Shown here one piece after another: positions 20,200 to 30,290 of a stretch of DNA of 64,000 nt. Origin of the DNA: Promethearchaeota archaeon (GTDB taxonomy: Archaea; Asgardarchaeota; Lokiarchaeia; Sigyniarchaeales; SOKP01); contig JAHPZI010000002.1 of NCBI GenBank assembly GCA_019058295.1, forward strand, positions 32,001-96,000, read 5' to 3'. The notes beneath the pieces are model-generated. The model was given only the letters and a program-made list of their open reading frames with translations. It had not been told where the DNA came from and made no database searches. Positions within the stretch are counted from its first letter, which is position 1. Each line of letters opens with the position of its first letter. The translations under genes were made by a program, and so were the position numbers.

Positions 20200-21021
20200 T
20201 TACAAATTTAAGACTTCACGCGTATTATATATCTTATTTTCTCTATCATCAGCAATAAATTTTATAGCAATTATAGCACCACTTGCGAAGCAGTTTCGAC
20301 TATGTGCTTGATGCTTAAATTCGATACGTTCGCCTGAACCTGCATATAAGATAATGTGATCACCCACAATATCTCCTGCCCGGATTGAATGAATTCCTAT
20401 TTCATTTTTAGCACCAATCTTTCGCTTATTAGGCCCTTTTGAACGTCCAAATTTCGCTACATCATCAATATTAACCCCAAGAGTTTCACTTATCATCTTA
20501 GCAGTAGTTAGAGCGGTACCACTAGGAGCATCAAGTTTCCTATGATGATGTGCTTCAATGATTTCAATATCCCAATCCTTCAAATATTCGGTCAGAACTG
20601 ACGCCATTTTGAAGAAAATATTAACTCCTGTTGCCATATTTGACGAAATAACGGCTGGTGCATTATATTCTTTTACTTTTTTTTCAAATTCTTCTATAAA
20701 TGAATTGGATAATCCAGTAGTTCCAATCACACATCGAATATTATTTTCTACACAAATCATGCAATTTTTTTCAGAAGCTTCTGCCAATGTAAAATCAACT
20801 GCTACCTCTGGTTTTGTCTCGTCAATTACCTCTTTAATTTCCGTAATATTCCTTATTTTTACATGATTCGGGTCCTTTTTGCCCACTAAAACTCCTAATT
20901 CATCACCTACATTCATTAAATCTAAAGCTGCGACAACATCAATATCCTCATCATCAAAAGCGTGTTGACTGATTAACGTACCCATTGAACCTGTTGGACC
21001 AAAAATTAATATTTTAATCAT
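20200..21021 (-). CDS. dapB: 4-hydroxy-tetrahydrodipicolinate reductase
   Basis: GPTGSMG, VDFT, IGTTG, EAHHHRKLDAPSGTA. Confidence 0.96.
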   Translation of the reverse strand: MIKILIFGPTGSMGTLISQHAFDDEDIDVVAALDLMNVGDELGVLVGKKDPNHVKIRNITEIKEVIDETKPEVAVDFTLAEASEKNCMICVENNIRCVIGTTGLSNSFIEEFEKKVKEYNAPAVISSNMATGVNIFFKMASVLTEYLKDWDIEIIEAHHHRKLDAPSGTALTTAKMISETLGVNIDDVAKFGRSKGPNKRKIGAKNEIGIHSIRAGDIVGDHIILYAGSGERIEFKHQAHSRNCFASGAIIAIKFIADDRENKIYNTREVLNL

Positions 21022-21047
21022 ATCAATTCCCTCTAAAAAGATTATTT

Positions 21048-21956
21048 TTATATTAAATTAAGTTGTTTGAGTACAGCTTTAATTTTTTCGCAATTAGCTT
21101 CTAAAGGAGGCGTTAGCGGCAATCTCATACGCTTATTCATTATACCCATAAGTTCAGCGGAATATTTTACAGGTCCTGGATTTGTTTCAATGAAAAGCAC
21201 TTTAAATAAGTCATATAATTCAAGCTGCATTTTTCTTGCTTTTTCCCAATCTCCGTTATTCATGGTTGTTGTAAATTTATATATTTTAGCGGGAATAATA
21301 TTTGAAGCAACACTAATAACTCCTACTCCGCCTAATGCCATCAAATGATAAGTCATACCATCATCTCCACTTAAAACGATAAAATCATCAGGGGTCATCT
21401 TAATTATTTTTGTTATCTGGTCTATATTACCACTCGCACATTTAATTCCAACTATATTATCTTTTTTTCTTGCTAACGTAGCTACGGTGTCCGGATCCAA
21501 ATTGCGTACTGTACGGCTCGGTACGTTATATAGAATTATTGGAATCGAAACCGAATCTGCAATAGCAGAAAAATGATCTATTAAAGAATGTTGGACTGGT
21601 TTGTTATAATATGGCACTACAACTAAACACCCATCAGCACCAGCTTTTTCAGCATATTGACTAAGTGATATCGCCTCATGAGTCGCATTACTTCCTGTAC
21701 CTACCAATACAAAAGGATCTTTTCCTGATTTTTTAGCCTCATCTACACAGATATCTATTGCCTGATGATGTTCGTCATGTGATAATGTAGCACTTTCTCC
21801 AGTTGTACCCATCGTTAAAGGTTGACAGCCATTTTCGATTTGAAATCTGATAAATTCTCTATATTTTGCATCGTTAATAGAAAAATCTTCATTAAGCGGT
21901 GTTATCATTGCCGTAATGGCATTCCTTAATTTATTTAATTTATTAAATTTTGACAT
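21048..21956 (-). CDS. dapA: 4-hydroxy-tetrahydrodipicolinate synthase
   Basis: GTTGES, PYYNKP, LYNVPSRT, GIK, SGDD, ETNPGPVK. Confidence 0.96.
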   Translation of the reverse strand: MSKFNKLNKLRNAITAMITPLNEDFSINDAKYREFIRFQIENGCQPLTMGTTGESATLSHDEHHQAIDICVDEAKKSGKDPFVLVGTGSNATHEAISLSQYAEKAGADGCLVVVPYYNKPVQHSLIDHFSAIADSVSIPIILYNVPSRTVRNLDPDTVATLARKKDNIVGIKCASGNIDQITKIIKMTPDDFIVLSGDDGMTYHLMALGGVGVISVASNIIPAKIYKFTTTMNNGDWEKARKMQLELYDLFKVLFIETNPGPVKYSAELMGIMNKRMRLPLTPPLEANCEKIKAVLKQLNLI

Positions 21957-22059
21957 AATATATCTACCTTACAAATTTAACTGCTAATTAAAATATAATT
22001 TGTATAGAATCCTTTATAAGCCTTATTAATGAGGGAAATAATGGGGAAATATTTAGAAA

Positions 22060-23334
22060 TTATTTCTTGTTTTTTTTTATTTTTTTTTTAATTAAAAAAC
22101 CCATTTTGCTCTGAAGTCCAAACAGAGGAATAAAGCCATAACTCAAATTTTGATTAAAAGTGCTAGCCGTTTCATAAGTTGCTAAGTTCATATCATATAT
22201 TCCGTAAGGAGATTCCCTTGCTACAACTTCTGCGCTTCCTTTAAATAATTTTACTTTAACACTACCAGTTACTTTTTTGTTTATTTCATTTATAAACGCA
22301 TCTAATGCATCTTTTAAAGGATCAACCCATAATCCCTCATAAGCTAACTCAGACCATCTTTGATCTACCATGTTTTTAAAGGAATTTTCTTGCTTAGTAC
22401 ATACATATTTCTCAAGATCTTTATGCGCTTTAATAAGCATTAATGCCGCAGGAACTTCATAAGTTTCTCTTGATTTTAATCCAATGGCTCGATCTTCCAT
22501 GTGTTCTATTCTTCCAACACCATGCTTACATCCTAAATCGTGTAATGTTCTTAATAAGTCAATACTACTCATCTTTTCCCCATTTAAGCCTACTGGAACC
22601 CCTTCTTCAAAATTAATAGTTATATATTCGGGCTCATTGGGAGCCTTCTCAGGAGCAATTGTCCATTCTCTCGAATCTTCAGGTGGTTCAATTTCTGGGT
22701 GTTCTAAAATATCACATTCTGCACTTCTTCCAAAGAGATTCTCATCAATGCTATATTTCTTATATTTATTGACTGGAATACCATGTCTTTCTGCGTATTT
22801 GACTTCCTCATCTCGCCCCATATTCCATTCAATTAAGGGTTGTAATACCTCGATTTCTGGAGCGTACGCATTTGCTGTAATATTTATTCTAATCTGATCG
22901 TTTCCTTTCCCAGTACACCCATGTGCTACTACGGAAATTCCTTCCTTTTTAGCAATTTTAATAGCTTCTATAGCAATTAAAGGTCTCCCTACGGCAGTGC
23001 TTAACGGATATATCCCTTGATATAACCCATTGGCTTTAATTGCAGGAAAAACATAGTCTTTTACAAATCTTTCTTTTAAATCTACTGTGTAATGTTTAAC
23101 AGCACCTAATTTATACGCTTTTTCTTCAATTTCTTTAAACCTTGTTGGATCAGCAAATTCTTGACCTAAATCAGCTGTAAATGTATAGACTTTGGCGCTA
23201 TATGTTTCTTGAAGCCACTTAATCATGCAGGAAGTGTTTGATCATATATACATCAATTGTATATATTCTAATCCTCCTGAATACATTAATAAAATCTTAT
23301 CATACTTATCCTTTTTGGGTCCTAATTGATTCAT
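22060..23334 (-). CDS. argG: Argininosuccinate synthase, split gene: exon 1 23334-23268, exon 2 23237-22060 (414 aa after splicing)
   Basis: Exon 2 has YPLSTAVGRP, AHGCTGKGNDQ, YSIDENL, KSRETYE. Exon 1 reads MNQLGPKKDKYDKILLMYSGGL. The joined sequence restores SGGLDTSC. Confidence 0.93.
23238..23267 (-). other. 30-nt bulge-helix-bulge (BHB) intron in argG pre-mRNA
   Basis: Minus strand GGAG-GATT-AG^A-ATATATACA-ATTGA-TGTATATAT-GATC-AA^A-CACTTCCTG: 4-bp central helix, two 3-nt bulges, 9-bp intron stem, in-frame TGA. Confidence 0.88.
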
Positions 23335-23513
23335 ATTCCATCATCTCAAAAGAATAAACATATTAAGATTTGATAGAATTTATTTTTTCCCCTAAAATTA
23401 TTTAAGAAATTACTGGATGATAATGAAAAAAATTAAATATTGAATTATCAATTAGTAATTTGCAATTAACAATTTATTCTATTTTTTAAAACAAATAGCA
23501 AAAATTCGATATT

Positions 23514-25010
23514 TTGAACGAAAAAGATAATAATTTAGAAATAAGTGATGAAATATATAAGAAAATTTACAAATCCATTTCTACACAAATTTATACATGG
23601 CGTAAAATTGATGACGATCTAATTCTAATTGATTATAATAATGCTGCCGAAGAATTTACTGGAGCAAGAATAAAGGATTACATCGGAATAAAAGCTACAG
23701 AATTATATAAAGATCAACCAAACATTTTGAATGAATTATTTGATTGTGCTAATACACAATTAGATATCTCTAGAGAGATGGAATATAAAGGCATATCGAC
23801 GGGAGAGGAAAAATATTTAGAAGTTATATATAATTTTATAACCCCTGATTTAGTTTTAGTTCATATGAAAGATATTACCGATAGAAGAAAAGTGGAAGAG
23901 ATCCTGAAGAAAGAAAAACAGGAAAAATCTATTATCTTAGAAAATATCTTGGAACATATAGTTTTTCAAACTTTAGATCATACAGTTATATATCCTAATA
24001 AAGCTGCGTGTGATTCAGTTAGTCAAAAACCAGAACAATTAATTGGACGAAAGTGTCATCAAATATGGCAAGGCAGTGATGAGGTTTGTGAAAACTGTCC
24101 AGTTGAACATTCATTTAAAACGAAAAAACCAGAGACCAATGAAATCACAACTGGTGATGGGAGAGTTTGGTTTATTAAAGGATATCCTATTCTTGATGAT
24201 GATGGAAATTTAATAGGTGGTGTCGAGCTTACCTCTGAAATAACGGAAAAGAAGCATATTGAAGTTAAATTAAAAAAATCAGAAAAAATGTATCGAGAAG
24301 CTTACAATAGTAGTAATCTTTATAAAGATTTATTTACCCATGATATAAATAACATATTTCAAAATATCTTATCTTCAATCGAACTCTACAATTTATATAG
24401 GAAAGATCCTAACAAACAAACAGAACTTGAGGAAATTGAAAATTTAATAGTAGAACAAATTTTAAGAGGTACAATGCTAGTATCAAATGTTCAGAACCTT
24501 TCAACAATCGAAAATTATGATATGTCTCTATTTTCAATTGAAGTTAACGAAGTTTTAAAAAAGGCAATCTCTTTTGTAAGACAGAGTTTTCCTAATAAAA
24601 AACTAAATATTAAGACTGAATCAATACAAAACGAGTATTTTGTTATGGCAAATGAGTTATTGCAAAACGCTTTTGAAAATCTTTTATTTAACGCTGTGAA
24701 ACATAATATAAATGAAATTATCAAGATTGATATAAAATTATCAAAAGACGTAAAAGATGATAAAAAAATAATAAAAATAGAATTTATTGATAATGGTATC
24801 GGGATTCATGACTCCATGAAAGATGAAATATTCCATAGGGAATATAGAGATTATTTAAAATATAAACTCCCTTCAGGAATAGGATTAGGTCTGCTATTTA
24901 CAAAAAAAATGATCGAAAGTTTTAATGGTGAAATAAAAGTTGAAGATAGGATTGAAGGGGATTATTCCCAAGGTAGTAATTTTATTATCATGATACCAGA
25001 GGAAAAATGA
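23514..25010 (+). CDS. PAS-domain sensor histidine kinase
   Basis: Two PAS/PAC regions, H-box THDINN, N-box ENLLFNAVKH, DNGIGI, GIGLGL. Confidence 0.92.
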   Translation: MNEKDNNLEISDEIYKKIYKSISTQIYTWRKIDDDLILIDYNNAAEEFTGARIKDYIGIKATELYKDQPNILNELFDCANTQLDISREMEYKGISTGEEKYLEVIYNFITPDLVLVHMKDITDRRKVEEILKKEKQEKSIILENILEHIVFQTLDHTVIYPNKAACDSVSQKPEQLIGRKCHQIWQGSDEVCENCPVEHSFKTKKPETNEITTGDGRVWFIKGYPILDDDGNLIGGVELTSEITEKKHIEVKLKKSEKMYREAYNSSNLYKDLFTHDINNIFQNILSSIELYNLYRKDPNKQTELEEIENLIVEQILRGTMLVSNVQNLSTIENYDMSLFSIEVNEVLKKAISFVRQSFPNKKLNIKTESIQNEYFVMANELLQNAFENLLFNAVKHNINEIIKIDIKLSKDVKDDKKIIKIEFIDNGIGIHDSMKDEIFHREYRDYLKYKLPSGIGLGLLFTKKMIESFNGEIKVEDRIEGDYSQGSNFIIMIPEEK

Positions 25011-25011
25011 A

Positions 25012-25365
25012 ATGGCAACCATTTTCATTATTGAAGATGATATTTCTCTACAGAAATTATATGATATGATTTTAAGCACCTCAGGACATCAAGTTGTGGG
25101 AGTTGCGAATAATGGGGATGAGGCGGTAAAAATCTATGAATCATTTTCTGTAAAACCAGACATAATAATAATGGATCATAGAATGCCTATCAAAAATGGG
25201 ATTGAAGCGACAAAGGAAATCCTAAAAATTAGCAATCACTCAAAAATTATATTTGCAAGTGCAGATAATAGTGTAAAAAACCTAGCACTGTCAATTGGAG
25301 CCATTAAATTCATTGAAAAACCATTTTCAATGGAAAAATTCCTAAAAATAATTGAAAAAATATAA
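25012..25365 (+). CDS. Single-domain response regulator (CheY-like receiver)
   Basis: IIEDD, DIIIMDHRMPIKNG, FASA, EKPF. Confidence 0.92.
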   Translation: MATIFIIEDDISLQKLYDMILSTSGHQVVGVANNGDEAVKIYESFSVKPDIIIMDHRMPIKNGIEATKEILKISNHSKIIFASADNSVKNLALSIGAIKFIEKPFSMEKFLKIIEKI

Positions 25366-25469
25366 TAAATTACAAATTTTAGTGAATTTAACTTAATATA
25401 TTTATTTCAAAAGAAATAAATGAATTTAAAATAATTAATTTACTAAGTCTATATTCTTAAATCTTTAAA

Positions 25470-26474
25470 ATGAAAGCTGATTATTTAGACAAATTTCAAG
25501 GTACTCTCATCTCCGTAGCTATAGGTGATACTCTAGGGCATCCTTTTGAAGGAAGATTAAGATCAGAGATCTATTCTCGTTTTGATAAATTTGAGGAGTT
25601 TATTCAAAATAATAAAAGGCTCTTCAATACATATACTGACGACACACAACTCACAATACATACAGCTGAAGCGTTAATTCAAGGAGGCGGATTTAATATT
25701 AATAATTTCATCCGAGAATATGTTAAATGGTTAGAAGAACCACCAATTGGACCTGGATATGGATGTCTCTCATCAATTCAAAAATTGAAATATGGCATTC
25801 CATGGGAAAAAGCAGCTTCAAATTCGGGAGGAAATGGAACAGCTATGCGTGTCTCTCCAATAGGATTATTTTATTGTAAAGATCTAGAAGATTTAAAAAT
25901 AAATGCGATACGATCAAGTATTATTACCCATTCCCATCCAGCTGCGTCTGCTGGTGCTGTTGTAATCGCCAGAGCAATTGCTTATTTAATAGAAAGAGGA
26001 CCAGAAATCCATTTTTCGATTGATGATTTTTTTAATGTATTAATATCTTTCATTTCTGGCTCTGATATGGAGATTTGGGAAGAATTCATTGAGATTTTGA
26101 AAAAACTAAGAGATAATCTTGATTTACCAGTAGAAGCTGGTTTAATTAAATTTTCTCAGATAGGAGTGAAATCACCCTATTTTATTGAACATTTTTTGGG
26201 TCAAGCATTTGTCCATCCTTACACGCTAAGTACAGTTGCCTGTGCAATTTTTATATTTCTAAAAAAAATGAATTCATCATTTAAAGAATGTATCTTTGAA
26301 TTGTCTACTGCTGGTGGAGATAGCGACACAATTGGAGCAATCGGTGGTAGCTTAGTTGGTGCATATTATGGTTTTACTAACATTCCTGAAGATTTGATAA
26401 AATTAGTAAAAAATAATAAAAAAATATTGCAATTAGCGGAATCCCTCTATGAAAAATTTAAGGAGAGATATTAA
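25470..26474 (+). CDS. ADP-ribosylglycohydrolase family protein
   Basis: AIGDTLG, YTDDTQ, GNGTAMR, ITHSH, GGDSDTIGAI. Confidence 0.92.
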   Translation: MKADYLDKFQGTLISVAIGDTLGHPFEGRLRSEIYSRFDKFEEFIQNNKRLFNTYTDDTQLTIHTAEALIQGGGFNINNFIREYVKWLEEPPIGPGYGCLSSIQKLKYGIPWEKAASNSGGNGTAMRVSPIGLFYCKDLEDLKINAIRSSIITHSHPAASAGAVVIARAIAYLIERGPEIHFSIDDFFNVLISFISGSDMEIWEEFIEILKKLRDNLDLPVEAGLIKFSQIGVKSPYFIEHFLGQAFVHPYTLSTVACAIFIFLKKMNSSFKECIFELSTAGGDSDTIGAIGGSLVGAYYGFTNIPEDLIKLVKNNKKILQLAESLYEKFKERY

Positions 26475-26479
26475 ATCAT

Positions 26480-27058
26480 TTAATTTAAATTCCCAAGAAG
26501 ATCTTTTAACTTTTTAGAACAAGACAAGCAGAATTTAGTTGGTTTTTCATCTGCTTCGAGTAAACTGTTTGAGAATTGCATAACACATTTATTATTACAA
26601 TGTTTCAAGCAAAAAGTATGCCCGAGCTCATGTATTGCTTCTTTAAGAACTCTCAATTCAAATTGAGATTTATTTTCAGGTCGATTATAAAAGCCTTCTT
26701 TAAGGCGCATTATTTGAATTAAAGAAGCTTCAGGCGAATTTAGATCTTGCTTTTTTGGAATTATTGCAATACCAAATATAAATTTTAATTCTCCTGAAAA
26801 TATGTCTTTATCGATTATTCCTAATGTGCGAAAATGTTTACTCTCACTACAATATTTATGAAGCCTTCTTACAGTTAATGAACCATTATATTGTCTCCTT
26901 GACGGATTATATTCAGATTCTTTGAGTGGAATAGAGTCAGGCGAAATTTCTACTGAATCAATAAATTCTTTAAAAAACCAATTCAATTTTTTCTTCAATT
27001 TCTTCAGAATAATCGTATCTAAATCGCCAATTTTTTGAAGATAAATTACTTTTTTCAA
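26480..27058 (-). CDS. amzA: Archaemetzincin zinc protease
   Basis: KEAIHELGHTFCLKHC-x3-CVM-x-FSNS...FC-x2-C. Confidence 0.9.
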   Translation of the reverse strand: MKKVIYLQKIGDLDTIILKKLKKKLNWFFKEFIDSVEISPDSIPLKESEYNPSRRQYNGSLTVRRLHKYCSESKHFRTLGIIDKDIFSGELKFIFGIAIIPKKQDLNSPEASLIQIMRLKEGFYNRPENKSQFELRVLKEAIHELGHTFCLKHCNNKCVMQFSNSLLEADEKPTKFCLSCSKKLKDLLGNLN

Positions 27059-27215
27059 AATTAAAACTTATATGTATTTGTTTTCAATTTAATTATTCAA
27101 ACTATGAAAATGTAAGTTATGAAATATTTTTTTACAATTGTTCAAAAAAAGCAAAATTGAAAAAATAAGATTAACTTTTGAATTGTATAATTATTATTAT
27201 TTATCGATCCTCCTC

Positions 27216-27317
27216 GGGAGGGTGGTCTAGCTTGGTATGATTCCTGGTTTGGGACTTCAAACAGAAAGCTTGGAGCAAAACACCAGGAGGCCGGGGGTTC
27301 GAATCCCCCCCCTCCCA
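27216..27317 (+). tRNA. tRNA-Pro(TGG) with 28-nt intron at canonical position 37/38; CCA not encoded
   Basis: Acceptor GGGAGGG/CCCTCCC, anticodon stem CCTGG/CCAGG, anticodon TGG at 27250-27252, T-arm GGGGG-TTCGAAT-CCCCC. Confidence 0.95.
27254..27281 (+). other. BHB intron of tRNA-Pro
   Basis: Central helix TTTG/CAAA, bulges GG^A and AC^A, intron stem CTTCAA/TTGGAG. Confidence 0.9.
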
Positions 27318-27328
27318 TTTTCATGATT

Positions 27329-27595
27329 CTAATCTTTAGTTTCTTCGGAATTAAAATAAACATCAGGTATTAAATCGAGGACAGTTGAGAATAGCGACAT
27401 TATAATAGCAGGATTATCCGAATTGACTTTATAATAATTATAAAATCTTCTCTTAGTAGAGATTTTAATGTTATCTTTAAAAAATTGAAGAATTTGTTTG
27501 ATTTCATTATCAACATCTTTATTTTTTTGAATGCATGCCTTTAAATCATTTTTTCCTGTTTTTTTATTATTCTTAATAATTAGTTTTAGAATCAT
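27329..27595 (-). CDS. Small hypothetical protein
   Basis: 88-aa ORF filling the gap, convergent on the tRNA; no motif recognised. Confidence 0.55.
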   Translation of the reverse strand: MILKLIIKNNKKTGKNDLKACIQKNKDVDNEIKQILQFFKDNIKISTKRRFYNYYKVNSDNPAIIMSLFSTVLDLIPDVYFNSEETKD

Positions 27596-27712
27596 TCTGA
27601 TTATTTCCTATTATTTCTGATTGAAAATTATTTTAAGCACTATAATTATATAAAAAATTATTTAAACAATTCTCTTTTTTAAAAAAAAAGAATAGAAATT
27701 AAAAAATGAGAT

Positions 27713-28255
27713 TTAAGAGGATCTTTTCTTGATCAAAAGATTAATAGCAGCCACAATTGCCCAGCCAATACATGTAAATAATAAAATATACTTCACGAGG
27801 GCAAAACAGCTATGTGTTATAGCCCATATATCTGGGAAGCCTGAAGGGTCTGTAAGCATAGCTAATATAAAAGCATTTTCAAACGCATCACAACAAGCAG
27901 CCAAAATACCTAAAATGCTTATTAAATGACCCGAATTACTCCAAAATGAGCCATTCTCAAATTTTCGAGAAATAATTAAAGCTAAACTAAAAGAAAAAGT
28001 TCCGTAAGAAATCATATATGCGTAATCTAAAATTTGCATAATTCTATAATAGTTTATGTTAGTTATTTTATAATGTCCTTTTAATACGGAGCCACTGAAC
28101 GATAGTTGACTTTCTATAAATCCAACAGGGTATTTCGATAATATAAAGAAATATGCCATAAATGGATACACGATAATAGTTAATATTATGCTAAAAATTA
28201 GCAGTCGTTTGGTAGTTTTTGGAGATGGCCAATCATTTAATTTTTCTAAAACCAT
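27713..28255 (-). CDS. Hypothetical four-helix membrane protein
   Basis: Hydrophobic helices with LDY and DAFEN; GAGGT ribosome-binding site. Confidence 0.75.
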   Translation of the reverse strand: MVLEKLNDWPSPKTTKRLLIFSIILTIIVYPFMAYFFILSKYPVGFIESQLSFSGSVLKGHYKITNINYYRIMQILDYAYMISYGTFSFSLALIISRKFENGSFWSNSGHLISILGILAACCDAFENAFILAMLTDPSGFPDIWAITHSCFALVKYILLFTCIGWAIVAAINLLIKKRSS

Positions 28256-28373
28256 TTATTGAACCTCATTAAAATAAGTCATATATTATAATATGAGGTA
28301 TACTAATTTAAGTACTATTAAAATTGATTAATTTGGGATATTAACCATTTAATCTGTACACAATCTTCTGCTA
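28254..28373. repeat. 120-bp direct repeat, copy 1
   Basis: Ungapped match to 30291-30410 with 14 mismatches by manual count. Confidence 0.9.
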
Positions 28374-28991
28374 TTAATAAGAAGAATATTGTTTTGAAAA
28401 ATGGAATAAGACTAAATCTGTGAGGTATCTTCCAAATTGCTCGTCTGTTTCGAATAAAGGCATTATTAAAATATGACGAAGAATAATTGATTCAACGACA
28501 TTAAAAAGTAAAAAGAATTTCTCTTTTAAATCTCCTTCAGAAATATTCTCAAATGCTATATTTTGTTTCAATTCCTTAACAAGTTTCATTAACATTTCTT
28601 CAACAAGCGATTTAAAATCGTGGAATAATTCTTTGTTTGAAAGAAAGGCTTGCTCAAATGCTGAATGAAATTGTATATTTTTTCGGTGGAATTTAATAAA
28701 ATTTAACATTGTTTGGTATATTGATTTTGGTAAGGCAGACACTTTAATATTCCTAAAAAGCTCCAAATTGACTATGTTGCTTCTATTTCTAATTCCAATC
28801 TCACGCATAATGTCTGCTTTCCCATTAGGGAAATTACGATAGACTGTGCCAATTCCTATTTTGGCTCTATCGGCGATATGATTGGTGCTTAATTTATCGT
28901 ATCCTTTTTCAATGATGAGATTGTATGCCGTATTGACAATTAGATCGATTTTTTGCTTTTTATTTCGTGTAAATTTCTTATCTTTAGACAT
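28374..28991 (-). CDS. TetR/AcrR-family transcriptional regulator
   Basis: GYDKLSTNHIADRAKIGIGTVYRNFPN HTH. Start moved to ATG 28991 because the track's extension runs through the promoter. Confidence 0.9.
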   Translation of the reverse strand: MSKDKKFTRNKKQKIDLIVNTAYNLIIEKGYDKLSTNHIADRAKIGIGTVYRNFPNGKADIMREIGIRNRSNIVNLELFRNIKVSALPKSIYQTMLNFIKFHRKNIQFHSAFEQAFLSNKELFHDFKSLVEEMLMKLVKELKQNIAFENISEGDLKEKFFLLFNVVESIILRHILIMPLFETDEQFGRYLTDLVLFHFSKQYSSY

Positions 28992-29004
28992 ATAGATTAT
29001 AATG

Positions 29005-29041
29005 GAGCATTGCTCAAAAACTTTATAAAAGAGTAATGCTC
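29005..29041. promoter_or_regulatory. Divergent promoter: TATA box flanked by two palindromic operators
   Basis: GAGCATTGCTC (29005) - CTTTATAAAA (29021) - GAGTAATGCTC (29031). Confidence 0.75.
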
Positions 29042-29087
29042 CCATATAATAATAATTATTTAAAAAATCTAATTAAATAGAGGAAAA

Positions 29088-30245
29088 ATGTCAGAAAAAA
29101 CGAGATCTAAAACGAAGTATAATTTTACGGTGGGTCATTTTAATCTTCATGAAAATGATAATATAAATTTTCAACTAAATAGAGCAATTGGTAATGGAGG
29201 GCGTCTTGAGGACATAGAAAAAATAGCTCCTAAAATAAAAGATTTTGTCGATTGGAAACGAGAATTAGTATCAATAGCAGAGCAAGCATTAACTGAAGGC
29301 CGTACTTTAAATGCAGCTATGTATTATAGAGCCGCAGAATTTTTTGTTTTACCAAGTGATCCTGATAAAGAAATTCTTTTTGATAAATTCATTGAACTAT
29401 TTTATAAAGTCTATGAAAATGCCGCTAATGAAAAAGTTGAAATACCTTACGAAAATTCATTTCTTCCTGCTTTTCATCTCAAAAATGACCAAAGTAAAGG
29501 GACAATAGTAATTCATGGGGGATATGATTCTTTTATAGAAGAATTATATAAATTAGCATTGTATTTTAGAGATATGGGCTATGAAGTAGTATTATTTGAA
29601 GGACCTGGGCAAGGAACTGTACTTAAGAAAAATAAATTACATATGACACATGAATGGGAAAAACCGGTGAAAGTAATTCTTGATTATTTTAATTTCGATA
29701 ATGTTATATTGTTAGGACTTTCATTAGGAGGATATCTGGGATTACGCGCAGCTGCTTTTGAACCAAGAATAACAAAAGTCATTGCTTATGATATTATTTA
29801 TGATTTTTTTCAAGTTCTTTTATATGCTGCTGGAGGAAAAACAAAAGAACTTGTTGAATCTATGTTAGAAAAGAATGAACGCTCTCTTCTTAATAAGATT
29901 TTTCAAAGAGTGATGAAGAATAATTTGCTTGTAAATTGGGGTGTAAATCATGGAATGTATGTATTTGGTGCCAAGACTCCCTTTGAGTTCATAGAAAAAT
30001 CAAGATTGTTTTCTACAGCCCAAATCTCTGACCGCATAACCCAAGATGTTTTATTATTGGCAGGATCTAAAGACCATTTTATCCCAGTAGAGATGTTTTA
30101 TAAACAAATAGAAGCGTTAAAAAATGTCAAATCATTAACGTGTAGATTGTTTACAGAGAAAGAACATGCCGCAGGTCATTGCCAATATGGTAATTTGAAG
30201 CTTGCTTTCGATTTTATCCTCAACTGGATAGAAACTACTAATTAA
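29088..30245 (+). CDS. Alpha/beta hydrolase (FrsA / dihydroxypseudooxynicotine hydrolase-like)
   Basis: HGGYDS, FEGPGQG, nucleophile GLSLGG, DHF, HCQ. Confidence 0.85.
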   Translation: MSEKTRSKTKYNFTVGHFNLHENDNINFQLNRAIGNGGRLEDIEKIAPKIKDFVDWKRELVSIAEQALTEGRTLNAAMYYRAAEFFVLPSDPDKEILFDKFIELFYKVYENAANEKVEIPYENSFLPAFHLKNDQSKGTIVIHGGYDSFIEELYKLALYFRDMGYEVVLFEGPGQGTVLKKNKLHMTHEWEKPVKVILDYFNFDNVILLGLSLGGYLGLRAAAFEPRITKVIAYDIIYDFFQVLLYAAGGKTKELVESMLEKNERSLLNKIFQRVMKNNLLVNWGVNHGMYVFGAKTPFEFIEKSRLFSTAQISDRITQDVLLLAGSKDHFIPVEMFYKQIEALKNVKSLTCRLFTEKEHAAGHCQYGNLKLAFDFILNWIETTN

Positions 30246-30290
30246 ACTATAAATAATAATACAGCGTTTTAAGAATAATGTTAAGGGAAG

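Noticed and set aside
23242-23244. In-frame TGA in argG read as selenocysteine
   Set aside because: Readthrough would leave 10 extra residues inside the SGGLDTS loop and no Cys is expected there. The BHB intron explains it exactly.
27142-27363. 73-aa minus-strand ORF
   Set aside because: It is the antisense reading of the tRNA-Pro gene.
28992-29045. N-terminal extension of TetR in the ORF track
   Set aside because: It runs through the TATA box and both operators; ATG 28991 fits a near-leaderless transcript.
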